DNA of 64,000 bases from an uncultured Candidatus Rokubacteria bacterium (lineage in GTDB: Bacteria > Methylomirabilota > Methylomirabilia > Rokubacteriales > CSP1-6), in NCBI GenBank assembly GCA_963762145.1, contig CAVXJS010000021.1, positions 768,001 to 832,000 on the forward strand, read 5' to 3'. The position numbers and the translations under genes were made by a program. Numbering within the stretch: position 1 is the first letter of the stretch; each line of letters opens with the position of its first letter. This document shows positions 34,776 to 43,548 of the stretch, one piece after another. The notes below the pieces were generated by a model. That model saw only the letters and a program-made list of their open reading frames with translations. It had not been told where the DNA came from and made no database searches.

Positions 34776-36347
34776 ATGGCGCCGGAGCTCCCGGAGTCGC
34801 CCCCGAATCTCGCCGGTCGGCTTCGACGCGTCGGCGAGATGCTCATCGGACTCTCGGGCTCGCCCGTCCCCACCCACCTCTTCCAGACGCTCGCGGAGCA
34901 GGCGCAGGCCGTGGTCCCGCACGACTACCTCGCGGTCTGCCTGGAGGACGCCGAGCAGCAGGGCTACCTGGTGCACTCGCTCTCCGGCCTGCCGGGCGAG
35001 GCGGTGGCGGGCCGGCTCTTCGGCAAGGACGAGGGACTCCCGGGGCGCACCATCCGCACCGGCCGCGCCTACCTGGTGGCGGAGCTGGATACGATCCCGG
35101 ACGCCGCGCCCGATCTCGACGGCGGTGCTGGTCCGGGCGGGGCTCCGGGTCGCGCTCACCGTGCCGGTGCGCCGCGGCCCCGAGGTCCTGGGCGCGCTGC
35201 TCTTCGCCCGCCGCGCCGCGCCCTATACCTTCGACGACCTCGAGATCGGCACGCTCGTGGCGGCCGGCCTCTCGGGCGGGCTCGAGACCTGTCGCGCCTA
35301 CCAGGCCCTGGCCGACGAGCGGGGCACGCTGGCCGCGGTGCTGACCAGCACCGCCGATGCGGTGGTCATGGTCGGCCAGGACGGCCTCGTGCTCCTCGCC
35401 GAACCCGGCGGTGCGCGCGATGCTGGGCGTGGCGCCGGAGCGCCATGACCGGCCGCCCGTTCGTCGAGGCGATCGCCCACGAGCCGCTCCGCCGGCTGCT
35501 CGAGGCCGGACGGCCCGGTATCGCAGAGCTGCTCCTGCCCGATGGGCGCACCGCCCAGGCCAGCCTCGTCGTCGTGACCACCGAGTACGGCGAGCCGGTC
35601 GGCCTGGCCGCGATCCTCCGGGACATCAGCCTGCTGAAGGAGCTCGAGCAGATGAAGACCGATTTCGTCAGTACCGTGTCGCACGATCTGAAGAGCCCGA
35701 TCATGGCGATCGCCATGACCGCGGAGCTCCTCTTCAAGGCGCCGCCCGCGCCGGGCGGCGAGCAGGCCTACCGCGATCGGTGCGACCGCATCCTGCGCAG
35801 CGCGAAGAACATGACGGATCTCGTGACCGACCTCCTGGACCTCGGCAAGATCGAGGCCGGCCTCGAAGGGGCGGGCGAGCCGGTCGACCTGGTGCCCCTG
35901 ATCGCGGACGTGGTGAAGGCGCTCGCCGCACCGGCCGAGGACAAGCGGATCGCGGTCGCGGTCGAGACGCCGGCCGCGGCGGCGGTCCGCGGCGTCCGCC
36001 CCCGCCTGCAGCAGGTGCTGACGAACCTGATCGGCAACGCGATCAAGTACACGCGCGACGGGGGCCGCGTGCGGGTCACGGTGGAGGCGCCGGACGGCCG
36101 CGGGAGCCCGGTGCGCATCCGGGTCATCGACAACGGCATCGGCATCCCCGCCCGGGACCTGCCGCACGTCTTCGACAAGTTCTACCGCGTGGCGAACAAG
36201 GCCACCGCGGGCATCTCGGGCACCGGCCTCGGCCTGGCCATCACCCGGAGCATCGTGGAGGCCCACGCCGGCCGCATCGGCGTGGAGAGCACCGAAGGCG
36301 CGGGCAGCACGTTCTGGGTGGAGCTGCCGGGCGGCGTCCCCGGCTGA
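34776..36347 (+). CDS. Cytoplasmic GAF-PAS sensor histidine kinase (compensating frameshifts at about 35120-35445)
   Basis: H-box VSHDLKSP, N-box NLIGNAIKYT, DNGIGI, FDKFYRV, GTGLGL. Confidence 0.9.
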   Translation: MAPELPESPPNLAGRLRRVGEMLIGLSGSPVPTHLFQTLAEQAQAVVPHDYLAVCLEDAEQQGYLVHSLSGLPGEAVAGRLFGKDEGLPGRTIRTGRAYLVAELDTIPDAAPDLDGGAGPGGAPGRAHRAGAPRPRGPGRAALRPPRRALYLRRPRDRHARGGRPLGRARDLSRLPGPGRRAGHAGRGADQHRRCGGHGRPGRPRAPRRTRRCARCWAWRRSAMTGRPFVEAIAHEPLRRLLEAGRPGIAELLLPDGRTAQASLVVVTTEYGEPVGLAAILRDISLLKELEQMKTDFVSTVSHDLKSPIMAIAMTAELLFKAPPAPGGEQAYRDRCDRILRSAKNMTDLVTDLLDLGKIEAGLEGAGEPVDLVPLIADVVKALAAPAEDKRIAVAVETPAAAAVRGVRPRLQQVLTNLIGNAIKYTRDGGRVRVTVEAPDGRGSPVRIRVIDNGIGIPARDLPHVFDKFYRVANKATAGISGTGLGLAITRSIVEAHAGRIGVESTEGAGSTFWVELPGGVPG

Positions 36348-36350
36348 GGT

Positions 36351-36743
36351 TCAGCCCTCGGCCTTGACCTCCGCGAACACCTGGCCCGCCGCGATCATGG
36401 CTTCGCGGATGATGGGCACGCCCACGTAGCCCGACATGTGGATCAGGGTCTCGATCAGCTCGGTCTCGGTCCAGCCTTGCCGCAGCGCCATGCGCAGATG
36501 GATCTTGAGCTCGGGCTCGCGTCCGGTGGCCGCGTCGGAGACCACGCACACGAGCGTGCGCGTCTTGAGATCGAGGCCCGGGCGCGTCCAGAGCGCGCCG
36601 AAGACATTCTCGGTGGCCACGTCGATGAACGTCTTCATGACCGGGTCCTTGTAGGTGGTCGCGTTCACACGCTCCACGTACTTGTCGCCCAGGAGCTTGC
36701 GGCGGATCTCGCTGCCCTTCCGGTGGAGCTCACTCTCTGCCAT
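36351..36743 (-). CDS. Carboxymuconolactone decarboxylase family protein
   Basis: GSEIRRKLLG, FGALWTRPGLDLKTR, ELKIHLRMAL, YVGVP; SD AGGAG. Confidence 0.85.
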   Translation of the reverse strand: MAESELHRKGSEIRRKLLGDKYVERVNATTYKDPVMKTFIDVATENVFGALWTRPGLDLKTRTLVCVVSDAATGREPELKIHLRMALRQGWTETELIETLIHMSGYVGVPIIREAMIAAGQVFAEVKAEG

Positions 36744-36770
36744 GTTCATCTCCTGTCTGGATCGTGTGAG

Positions 36771-36806
36771 GTGGGGGGAGTTCGGAAGGGGGCGGAGCCC
36801 CTCCGA
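36771..36806 (-). repeat. REP-like hairpin element (family copy)
   Basis: Minus strand TCGGAGGGG-ctccg-CCCCCTTCCGAACTCCCCCCAC, homologous to 59932-59971. Confidence 0.75.
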
Positions 36807-36811
36807 GTCCT

Positions 36812-37126
36812 CTAGCGCCGGGCGCCGGGACCAAAGAACCCGCCCTTGGGTCGGCCGTGGGCGTGGTAGTGATCGGGGATGTTGCGCATGTGGTCGTCGA
36901 TGTAGCAGTCGCCGAGCTGCGCGGTCGCGATCTCGCGCAGGCGCGCGTGCATGTGGGTGAGATGCTCGGCGGGGGGCTCGGTGCCGTGGTAGCGCCAGAC
37001 CACCATGGGCACCGCGCAGATCTCGCACTCCGCGATCCAGCAGATGTCGTCTTCGTGGAACCACGGGGTGATGCGCGCGGCACGGCAGAGATCGCAGCCC
37101 GCGACGCGGGCGAAGGCGGGATCCAT
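36812..37126 (-). CDS. Small Zn-binding HIT-like hypothetical protein
   Basis: CDLC, CEIC and C-terminal HYHAH. Confidence 0.65.
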   Translation of the reverse strand: MDPAFARVAGCDLCRAARITPWFHEDDICWIAECEICAVPMVVWRYHGTEPPAEHLTHMHARLREIATAQLGDCYIDDHMRNIPDHYHAHGRPKGGFFGPGARR

Positions 37127-37149
37127 GGGAACGGAACGGACCGGCTACC

Positions 37150-37575
37150 CTACCCCCAGAGCGCCCGCATCACGTGCATCGCCACGCGCCGGTTGTAGTC
37201 GCGCACGAGCTTGTTGATGCGGAAGAAGTCCAGCACCCACCACGCCGCGAGCCCGCCCAGGGTGATCCAGAACAGGAGCTGGAGGCCGCGCTTGCGCAGG
37301 TAGAGGTAGTGCCAGCCGAGGGGCAGGAACGCGAGCGCGACGGCCGGCGATTTCGCCTGGGCCCGATAGCGCCACAGGAATGCGCGCTGCTGATCCGGGG
37401 TGAGATACGCGAGCTGCTCGCGCACCGTGCGCGACAGGGAGCGCGCGACGCGCGCGGGAATCACCACCGAGCGATCGCTGCGCGCCTCGGGGCCGCGCCG
37501 CTGGGCGGCGCGATCGGGTGGCGGCGCGGTCGGCTTGCGAAACACCGACGGTTCCTGTCCCGTTTGAGCCCTCAT
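37150..37575 (-). CDS. TM2-domain membrane protein
   Basis: KSPAVALAFLPLGWHYLYLRKRGLQLLFWITLGGLAAWWVLDFFRI. Confidence 0.75.
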   Translation of the reverse strand: MRAQTGQEPSVFRKPTAPPPDRAAQRRGPEARSDRSVVIPARVARSLSRTVREQLAYLTPDQQRAFLWRYRAQAKSPAVALAFLPLGWHYLYLRKRGLQLLFWITLGGLAAWWVLDFFRINKLVRDYNRRVAMHVMRALWG

Positions 37576-37602
37576 GACACTCGGTCCCCCGGGCCGGGAA
37601 GG

Positions 37603-37618
37603 AGCAAGAACGACGCCA
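37603..37618 (-). promoter_or_regulatory. Candidate sigma54 promoter for the TM2 gene
   Basis: Minus strand TGGCGTCGTTCTTGCT (GG-N10-GC), 27 nt before the ATG. Confidence 0.5.
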
Positions 37619-37717
37619 GCCGGGCGGGTCAAGCGGGACTTGGACTTAGCCGAGGCGCGCGAATGAACGATTCTCACGTGTCACTCCGGTCGTCCATGGG
37701 AGGACGCTTGCTGGGTG

Positions 37718-38560
37718 TCAATTTTTGACCTCGGGCCAGACCACCATGCCGGTACCCGATCGCCAGGCGACCGCCGGCATGTAGGCGAGGACCTCGGCGG
37801 CACCGCTGGTGAACGCGAGCGCGAGAATCCAGGCGAGCAGCTCCGCGGTACCGCCCGAGCCGGCGGCCTCCATCCGCTCGAGCGTGCACTCGCGCAGGAG
37901 CGCGGCGTGATCGCCCTGCTTGAGCAGGCCGAGGAACCACCGGTCGAACTCCTCGTCCACCCAGAAATAGCGCGGGCCGCCCGGCTCGTGCGAGAGCCCG
38001 CCGGTGGCGACCACCGCGACCCGCTCGTCGCTCGGATAGGCCCGCACCATCTCCCGCATGACCGTCCCCACCTCGTAGGCGCGGGCCGGCGTCGGGATCG
38101 GCGGGACCGTGCAGTTCATCGTCACCGGGACCAGCGGGATATCGCCCGCGGGGTTCAGATAGTGCATCGGCACCGACACCCCGTCGTCGAACTGCATCTC
38201 GCGCAGATACGAGAAGGCGAGCCGCCGGCGCGCACCCTCGTTGACCAGGTGACGGGCGAGCGCGGGGTGTCCGGCGATGCGGTACTTGGCGAGCGCGAGC
38301 CACTCGTCGTACCAGTCGGCGGGGCCCACGTGCTCGGCCCCGATGCCCACCGTGTACTCCGGCGTGTTGTTGATCGGCCAGTTGAGCAGGTGGTCGTTGC
38401 TGAACAGCAGGATCACGTCGGGCCGGGCCGCCCGCAGGCGCTCCCGCATCTCGTCGAGCGCGCGCCGGGCGTCAAGCCGCTGGTCCTCCGGGGCCCGGTC
38501 GAACCAGCCGGTCAGGCCGGGCGAGTGCGTCATCGCCATCGCGGCCACGATGCGCGCCAC
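37718..38560 (-). CDS. Extradiol ring-cleavage dioxygenase, LigB-type (class III) beta subunit
   Basis: THSPG, NDH, GGLSHEPGG, DEEFDRWFL, GTAELLAW. Confidence 0.9.
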   Translation of the reverse strand: MARIVAAMAMTHSPGLTGWFDRAPEDQRLDARRALDEMRERLRAARPDVILLFSNDHLLNWPINNTPEYTVGIGAEHVGPADWYDEWLALAKYRIAGHPALARHLVNEGARRRLAFSYLREMQFDDGVSVPMHYLNPAGDIPLVPVTMNCTVPPIPTPARAYEVGTVMREMVRAYPSDERVAVVATGGLSHEPGGPRYFWVDEEFDRWFLGLLKQGDHAALLRECTLERMEAAGSGGTAELLAWILALAFTSGAAEVLAYMPAVAWRSGTGMVVWPEVKN

Positions 38561-38562
38561 GC

Positions 38563-38907
38563 TCAGCCCTCCCGCCGGGCCGGCGCGGCGAGCCGCTCCG
38601 CGGCGGCGGTCTCGGCCGGGTACGCGCGCTTGTAGGCCTCGAGCGCGGGGTGGCTATTGCTGTTGGCGGAGGCGCCGTAGAAGAGCCGGAGGATCTGGGG
38701 GATGTAGTACTGGTGCACGCCCATCTCGTTGAGCCGCCGGACGTCCTTGTCCCGGACCGCCTCGTACTCCTCGCGGCTCAGGCCAAACTCGCGGGCGAGG
38801 CCTTCGAGATCGCTGAGCCACCGGGCTCGGAGCACGGCGTCCCGGCGCACATAGAAGATCATCTCGTTCACCGGCAGGGTCTTGTCGCAGCGCTCGACGT
38901 TACCCAT
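38563..38907 (-). CDS. LigA-type dioxygenase alpha subunit
   Basis: Size, FGLSREEYEAVRDKDVRRLNEMGVHQY motif, immediately upstream of the LigB-like gene. Confidence 0.8.
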   Translation of the reverse strand: MGNVERCDKTLPVNEMIFYVRRDAVLRARWLSDLEGLAREFGLSREEYEAVRDKDVRRLNEMGVHQYYIPQILRLFYGASANSNSHPALEAYKRAYPAETAAAERLAAPARREG

Positions 38908-39268
38908 CTGTCCTCGCGGACAGCACCTTGGGGTTGACCTTGAGGAACATGATGACGCAGCGCTCGGGGCCCAGGTTCCGGACGTCGTGCATGACGCTCT
39001 GCGGGAACTTCACGATCGAGCCCGCATTCACCACCACTTCCTCGCCGCCGATGCTCATGTGGGCGGTCCCCTCGAGCACGAAGATCGCCTCCTCCTCCTT
39101 CGGGTGCGTGTGCATCACGGTGGACTGGCCCGGCTCGTAACAGGCGATCTCCGACCAGAGCTGGTCGGTCTTGAAGAGCATCTTGCGGACGCGCTTGTCG
39201 GGAGCGAAAGCCTTCAGCGCGTGCAGATCGAAGATCTGCGCTACACCAGTCACACGCGTCTCTTCCAT
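38900..39268 (-). CDS. Cupin domain protein
   Basis: HTHPKEEEAIFVLEG...PQSVMHDVRN. Confidence 0.88.
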   Translation of the reverse strand: MEETRVTGVAQIFDLHALKAFAPDKRVRKMLFKTDQLWSEIACYEPGQSTVMHTHPKEEEAIFVLEGTAHMSIGGEEVVVNAGSIVKFPQSVMHDVRNLGPERCVIMFLKVNPKVLSARTDG

Positions 39269-39336
39269 TGCGCCCGAATCATAGCGCGGTCGCGGAGCCT
39301 CCGCCACCGGCCCGCCGCGCGCTCGGAAGTTCGTCG

Positions 39337-39365
39337 TTGACATCCCCCGACCCGTTCAGTAGAAC
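39337..39365 (+). promoter_or_regulatory. Sigma70-type promoter for the MmgE/PrpD-ABC operon
   Basis: TTGACA-17 nt-TAGAAC, 12 nt before the GTG at 39378. Confidence 0.55.
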
Positions 39366-39377
39366 AGGCCGACGACC

Positions 39378-40775
39378 GTGCCACAACCTCCCGCCTCGTC
39401 CCTCTCGGTCGCTCGGCGCCTCGCGCGATTCGTGTCCGGCTTCTCGCTCGACACGGTGCCGCCCGCCGTCTCCGCGCAGGCGACGCGGCTGACGCTGGAC
39501 ACCCTTGGGAGCTGCCTGGCCTCGTCTCGGCAGGCGTTCGGACGGGCGGTCACCGACGCGGCGGGCCGACTCGGGGGCCCGCCGGAGAGCGTGGTGATCG
39601 GCAGCAAGGCGCGGGTCGGCGCGGCCGCCGCCGTGCTCGCCAACGGCACGCTGGCGCACGGGCTCGATTTCGACGACACGCGGGAGGACGCCATCGTCCA
39701 CACCGGCTGCGTCGCGGTCACGACCGCGCTGGCGGTCGGCGAGGCGGTCGAGGCCTCCGGGCGCGCCGCGCTCGAAGCCTTGATCTCCGGCGTGGAGGTG
39801 ATGTGCCGGATCGGCCTCGCGGTGCCGGGCCGCTTTCACGCGCGGCACTACCACCCCACCGCGCTCACCGGCAGCTTCGCGGCCGCCGCCGCGGCGGGTC
39901 GCCTCTACGGATTGACCGAGGACCAGCTCGTGCACGCCCTCGGCATCTGTGGCAGCCAGGCGTCCGGCATCATCGAGTACCTGACCGACGGGTCCTGGAC
40001 CAAGCGGCTGCATCCCGGCTGGGCCGCCCACGCGGGAGTGACCGCGGCCTTGCTCGCCCGCGCCGGGTTCACCGGTCCGGAGACGGTCCTCGAGGGGGAG
40101 CACGGCTTCTACGCGGCCTTCGCGGGCGGTCACGAGCCGGAGCGGCTCCAGGCGCTGCTCGCGAGCCTGGGGCAGACCTGGGAGATCTCGAACCTCACCT
40201 TCAAGCCCTACCCGTGCGGGTCCATCGCGCATCCCTACATGGACTGCGCGCTGCGCCTCCGCGAGCGCTACCGGCCGCGCCCCGAGGACATCGCGGAGAT
40301 CCGCTGCCGCACCGCGGCGGGCCCGATCCCGCGCCTCTGGGAGCCGCTCGCGGCCAAGCACCGGCCCCAGAACGGCTACGCGGCCAAGTTCAGCCTGCCC
40401 TACCTGCTCGCCTCGATCCTGGTCAACGGCCGGGCCACCCTCGCCGACTTCACCGACGAGGCGGTACGCGACGAGCGGCTGCGCGAGGTGGCCGGCAAGG
40501 TCTACTACGACATCGACCCGAGCATCGACTACCCGCGTCACTTCATCGGGCACGTGGCGGTGCGCCTGACCGACGGCCGCGTGCTGGAGGAGCGGCAGGA
40601 TCACCCGCGCGGCGGGCCCGATGCCCCGATGACGCGCGAGGAGCTCACCGCCAAGTTCCGCGGCAACGCGGCGGAGGCGGTGCCCGACGCGCAGGCCGCG
40701 CGCGTGGTCACGCTCGTGGACGCGCTGGCCGTGCAGCCCCGCCTCGCCCCCCTGATGGACGCCCTCACCGCCTAG
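39378..40775 (+). CDS. MmgE/PrpD family protein
   Basis: NGTLAHGLDFDD, KRLHPG, GFTGP, FKPYPCG, AKFSLPY, HPRG. Confidence 0.93.
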   Translation: MPQPPASSLSVARRLARFVSGFSLDTVPPAVSAQATRLTLDTLGSCLASSRQAFGRAVTDAAGRLGGPPESVVIGSKARVGAAAAVLANGTLAHGLDFDDTREDAIVHTGCVAVTTALAVGEAVEASGRAALEALISGVEVMCRIGLAVPGRFHARHYHPTALTGSFAAAAAAGRLYGLTEDQLVHALGICGSQASGIIEYLTDGSWTKRLHPGWAAHAGVTAALLARAGFTGPETVLEGEHGFYAAFAGGHEPERLQALLASLGQTWEISNLTFKPYPCGSIAHPYMDCALRLRERYRPRPEDIAEIRCRTAAGPIPRLWEPLAAKHRPQNGYAAKFSLPYLLASILVNGRATLADFTDEAVRDERLREVAGKVYYDIDPSIDYPRHFIGHVAVRLTDGRVLEERQDHPRGGPDAPMTREELTAKFRGNAAEAVPDAQAARVVTLVDALAVQPRLAPLMDALTA

Positions 40776-40782
40776 AGGAGTC

Positions 40783-41808
40783 GTGATGAGATACCGCCGC
40801 CTCGCGCTCGTCCTGCTGGTCTCGGCCCTGATCGCCTCCGCCGCGCCCGCTTCCGCGCAGGACGCCCGGCTCGAGGCCGCCCGCAAGGAGGGCAAGGTCG
40901 TCTGGTACACCTCGCTCGCGCTGACCAGCTCGGAGAAGGTGGCCAAGCTCTTCGAGACCGCGTACCCGGGCGTGAAGGTCGAGGTGCACCGCACCGGCTC
41001 GCAGCGGATCCTGCAGCGGATGATGCAGGAGCTCCAGGCCAATATCAAGAACGTGGACGTCGTCCACACCTCGGACGCCGGCCACTACGTGCTGCTGAAG
41101 GACAAGCAGCTCCTGACGCGCTACACCCCGGCCGGGGTGGACCGCTTCGGGGCCGGCTTCAAGGACAAGGACGGCTTCCACTACGGGCTGCGCGCCACCG
41201 TGAACGTCATCGCCTACAACCCGCAGAAGATCAGCGCGGCGGACGCCCCGCGCACCTGGAAGGACCTGCTCGATCCGAAGTGGCGCGGCCGGCTCGTCAC
41301 CGCCCATCCCGGCTATAGCGGCGTGATCGCCACCCACGTCCTGGCCCTCGTGCACCTGCACGGCTGGGACTACTTCAAGGCGCTCGCCCAGAACAAGCCG
41401 ATGCTGGTGCAGTCGGCGGTGGATCCCGGCGGCATCGTGGCCTCCGGCGAGCGGCCGGTCGCGGTCAACGGCGGGGACTACAACTTCTACCAGCTCAAGA
41501 AGAAGGGCAATCCGGTCGAGATCGTCTTCCCCAAGGAAGGCGTGCCCCTGGTGGTCTCCCCGAGCGCGATCACGAGCTTCGCGCCCCACCCGAACGCGGC
41601 CCGCCTTTTCACCGACTTCATCTTCAGTCGAGAGATCCAGCAGGTCCTGGCCGACACCGAGGGCCTCTACACCGGGCACCCGGAGGTGAAGTATCCCGCC
41701 GACCGGCCGAAGCTCGGGGAGCTCAAGCTCCTGCAGGTGGATCCGGAAGAGCTCGAGAAGCGGAACGAGGAGATCAAGACGCGCTTCGTGGAGTTCTTCG
41801 GCGCCTAG
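40783..41808 (+). CDS. ABC transporter solute-binding protein (AfuA/FbpA-like family)
   Basis: Signal peptide; ARKEGKVVWYTS, WKDLLDPKWRG, PKEG, APHPNAARLFTDF. Confidence 0.9.
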   Translation: MMRYRRLALVLLVSALIASAAPASAQDARLEAARKEGKVVWYTSLALTSSEKVAKLFETAYPGVKVEVHRTGSQRILQRMMQELQANIKNVDVVHTSDAGHYVLLKDKQLLTRYTPAGVDRFGAGFKDKDGFHYGLRATVNVIAYNPQKISAADAPRTWKDLLDPKWRGRLVTAHPGYSGVIATHVLALVHLHGWDYFKALAQNKPMLVQSAVDPGGIVASGERPVAVNGGDYNFYQLKKKGNPVEIVFPKEGVPLVVSPSAITSFAPHPNAARLFTDFIFSREIQQVLADTEGLYTGHPEVKYPADRPKLGELKLLQVDPEELEKRNEEIKTRFVEFFGA

Positions 41809-41819
41809 CGCGCCCGCTC

Positions 41820-43544
41820 ATGGCCGAGGCGTCGGCGGCATCGCTCAGGCCGGGCCGCTTCGAAGGGCTCGATCGCGCCGCCCCGGTCTGGCTCCTCGCG
41901 GCGGGCGCGCTGGTCATGCTGATCCTGCTGCCGATGGGCTGGCTCGCCTACATCAGCGTGACCGGCCCGCGGGGCGGCTTCACCCTCGCCCACTACGCCC
42001 GCGTGCTGGGGGACCCGCCGCTCCAGAAGGCGCTCTGGAACACGGTGGTGCTCGCCTTCTGGTCCGGCCTCGTCGCCCTCGCGATCGGGGCGCCGATGGC
42101 CTGGCTCTCCGCGCGCACCGATCTGCCCGGGCGGCGGCTCATCCAGAGCCTCATCATGGCCTCGTTCGTGACCCCGCCATTCCTGGGCGCCTTCGCGTGG
42201 GTGATGCTCGCGGGCCCCAACGCGGGCTATCTCAACCAGCTCTACCGCAGCCTCACCGGGGCGGAGGAGCCGCTGCTCAACATCTTCTCGATGCCGGGAC
42301 TGATCTTCGTGGTGGCGATCTACACGTTCCCCTACGTGTACATCATGATCGCCAACACCCTCGGGCTGATCGCCTCCGATCTCGAGGACGCGGCCGCCAT
42401 CCTGGGCGCGGGCCGCCTGCAGGTCGCGCGCACGATCACGCTGCCGATGGTGCTCCCCGCCGTCCTGAGCGGGTTCATCCTGGCCGTGCTGCAGGCGCTC
42501 GCCCTCTTCGGCTCGCCGGCCATCCTGGCCCTGCCCGCCGGCTTCCACACCGTGACCACCCAGATGTGGTCCTTCTTCCAGTACCCGCCCCGCGCCGAGC
42601 TGGCCGCCGCGTTCTCGATCCCGCTCCTGCTCGCCACTGCGCTCCTGCTGCTCGCGCAGAAGAAGCTGCTCGGCCGGCGCGGCTACGCCGCGGTGGGCGG
42701 CAAGGGCGGGCAGCGGCGGATCATCCGGCTCGGTCCCTGGCGCCTGCCCGCGCTCGCGGGCTGCCTCGCGGTGCTCGCCTGCGCGGTGTTCCTGCCCTAC
42801 GGCATCCTGCTGAAGACCGCGTTCGCCCGCGCCTGGGCCCAGCCGCTCACGAGCGCGAACTTCACGCTCGAGAACTGGTCGTTCACGTTCCTGCACGACG
42901 CGACCCGGGCCGCGATCGTCAACACGCTCGAGCTGGGCGTGCTCACCGCTTGCGTGGGCGCGGGGCTCGCCACCCTGCTCGCCTACGTGACCAACCGGAA
43001 GCTCGTGCTGGGCCACCAGGTCCTGGGCTTCCTCGCGGTCTCACCGGTCGTCATTCCGGGCGTGGTCCTCGCGGTGGCGCTCTTCGTCGCCTACACCCGG
43101 CCGCCCTTTCTCCTCTACGGCACCCTCTGGATCCTGTTCATCGCCTATCTGACCAAGGAGATGCCGGTCGGCTACTCGCAGGCCGACGCCACCATGCGGG
43201 GCATCCATCCCGAGCTGGAGGAGGCGGGCCGCATCCTGGGCGCGGGCCGGCTGCGCGTGCTCCGCGAGATCACCGCGCCGCTCGCCCGCAGCGGCATCAT
43301 CGCGACCTGGTGCTTCGTCTTCATCGGGGTCATCCGCGAGCTGTCGGCCTCCATCATCCTGTTCTCCCCCAACACCAAGGTGATGTCGGTGGTGATCTTC
43401 GACCTGAAGGAGGAGGGCCAGTTCGGCGCCATCGCGGTGCTGGGCATCTTCATGCTCGTGATGACCTTCGCCATCGTGGCCGCCATGCAGGCCGTGCTCG
43501 GGCGCGACGTCATGGGGGCGCGATCCTCGGGCGGATCGGGCTGA
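41820..43544 (+). CDS. ABC transporter permease (FbpB-like, duplicated domain)
   Basis: Two EAA loops (LEDAAAILGA, LEEAGRILGA). Confidence 0.92.
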   Translation: MAEASAASLRPGRFEGLDRAAPVWLLAAGALVMLILLPMGWLAYISVTGPRGGFTLAHYARVLGDPPLQKALWNTVVLAFWSGLVALAIGAPMAWLSARTDLPGRRLIQSLIMASFVTPPFLGAFAWVMLAGPNAGYLNQLYRSLTGAEEPLLNIFSMPGLIFVVAIYTFPYVYIMIANTLGLIASDLEDAAAILGAGRLQVARTITLPMVLPAVLSGFILAVLQALALFGSPAILALPAGFHTVTTQMWSFFQYPPRAELAAAFSIPLLLATALLLLAQKKLLGRRGYAAVGGKGGQRRIIRLGPWRLPALAGCLAVLACAVFLPYGILLKTAFARAWAQPLTSANFTLENWSFTFLHDATRAAIVNTLELGVLTACVGAGLATLLAYVTNRKLVLGHQVLGFLAVSPVVIPGVVLAVALFVAYTRPPFLLYGTLWILFIAYLTKEMPVGYSQADATMRGIHPELEEAGRILGAGRLRVLREITAPLARSGIIATWCFVFIGVIRELSASIILFSPNTKVMSVVIFDLKEEGQFGAIAVLGIFMLVMTFAIVAAMQAVLGRDVMGARSSGGSG

Positions 43545-43548
43545 GCGC

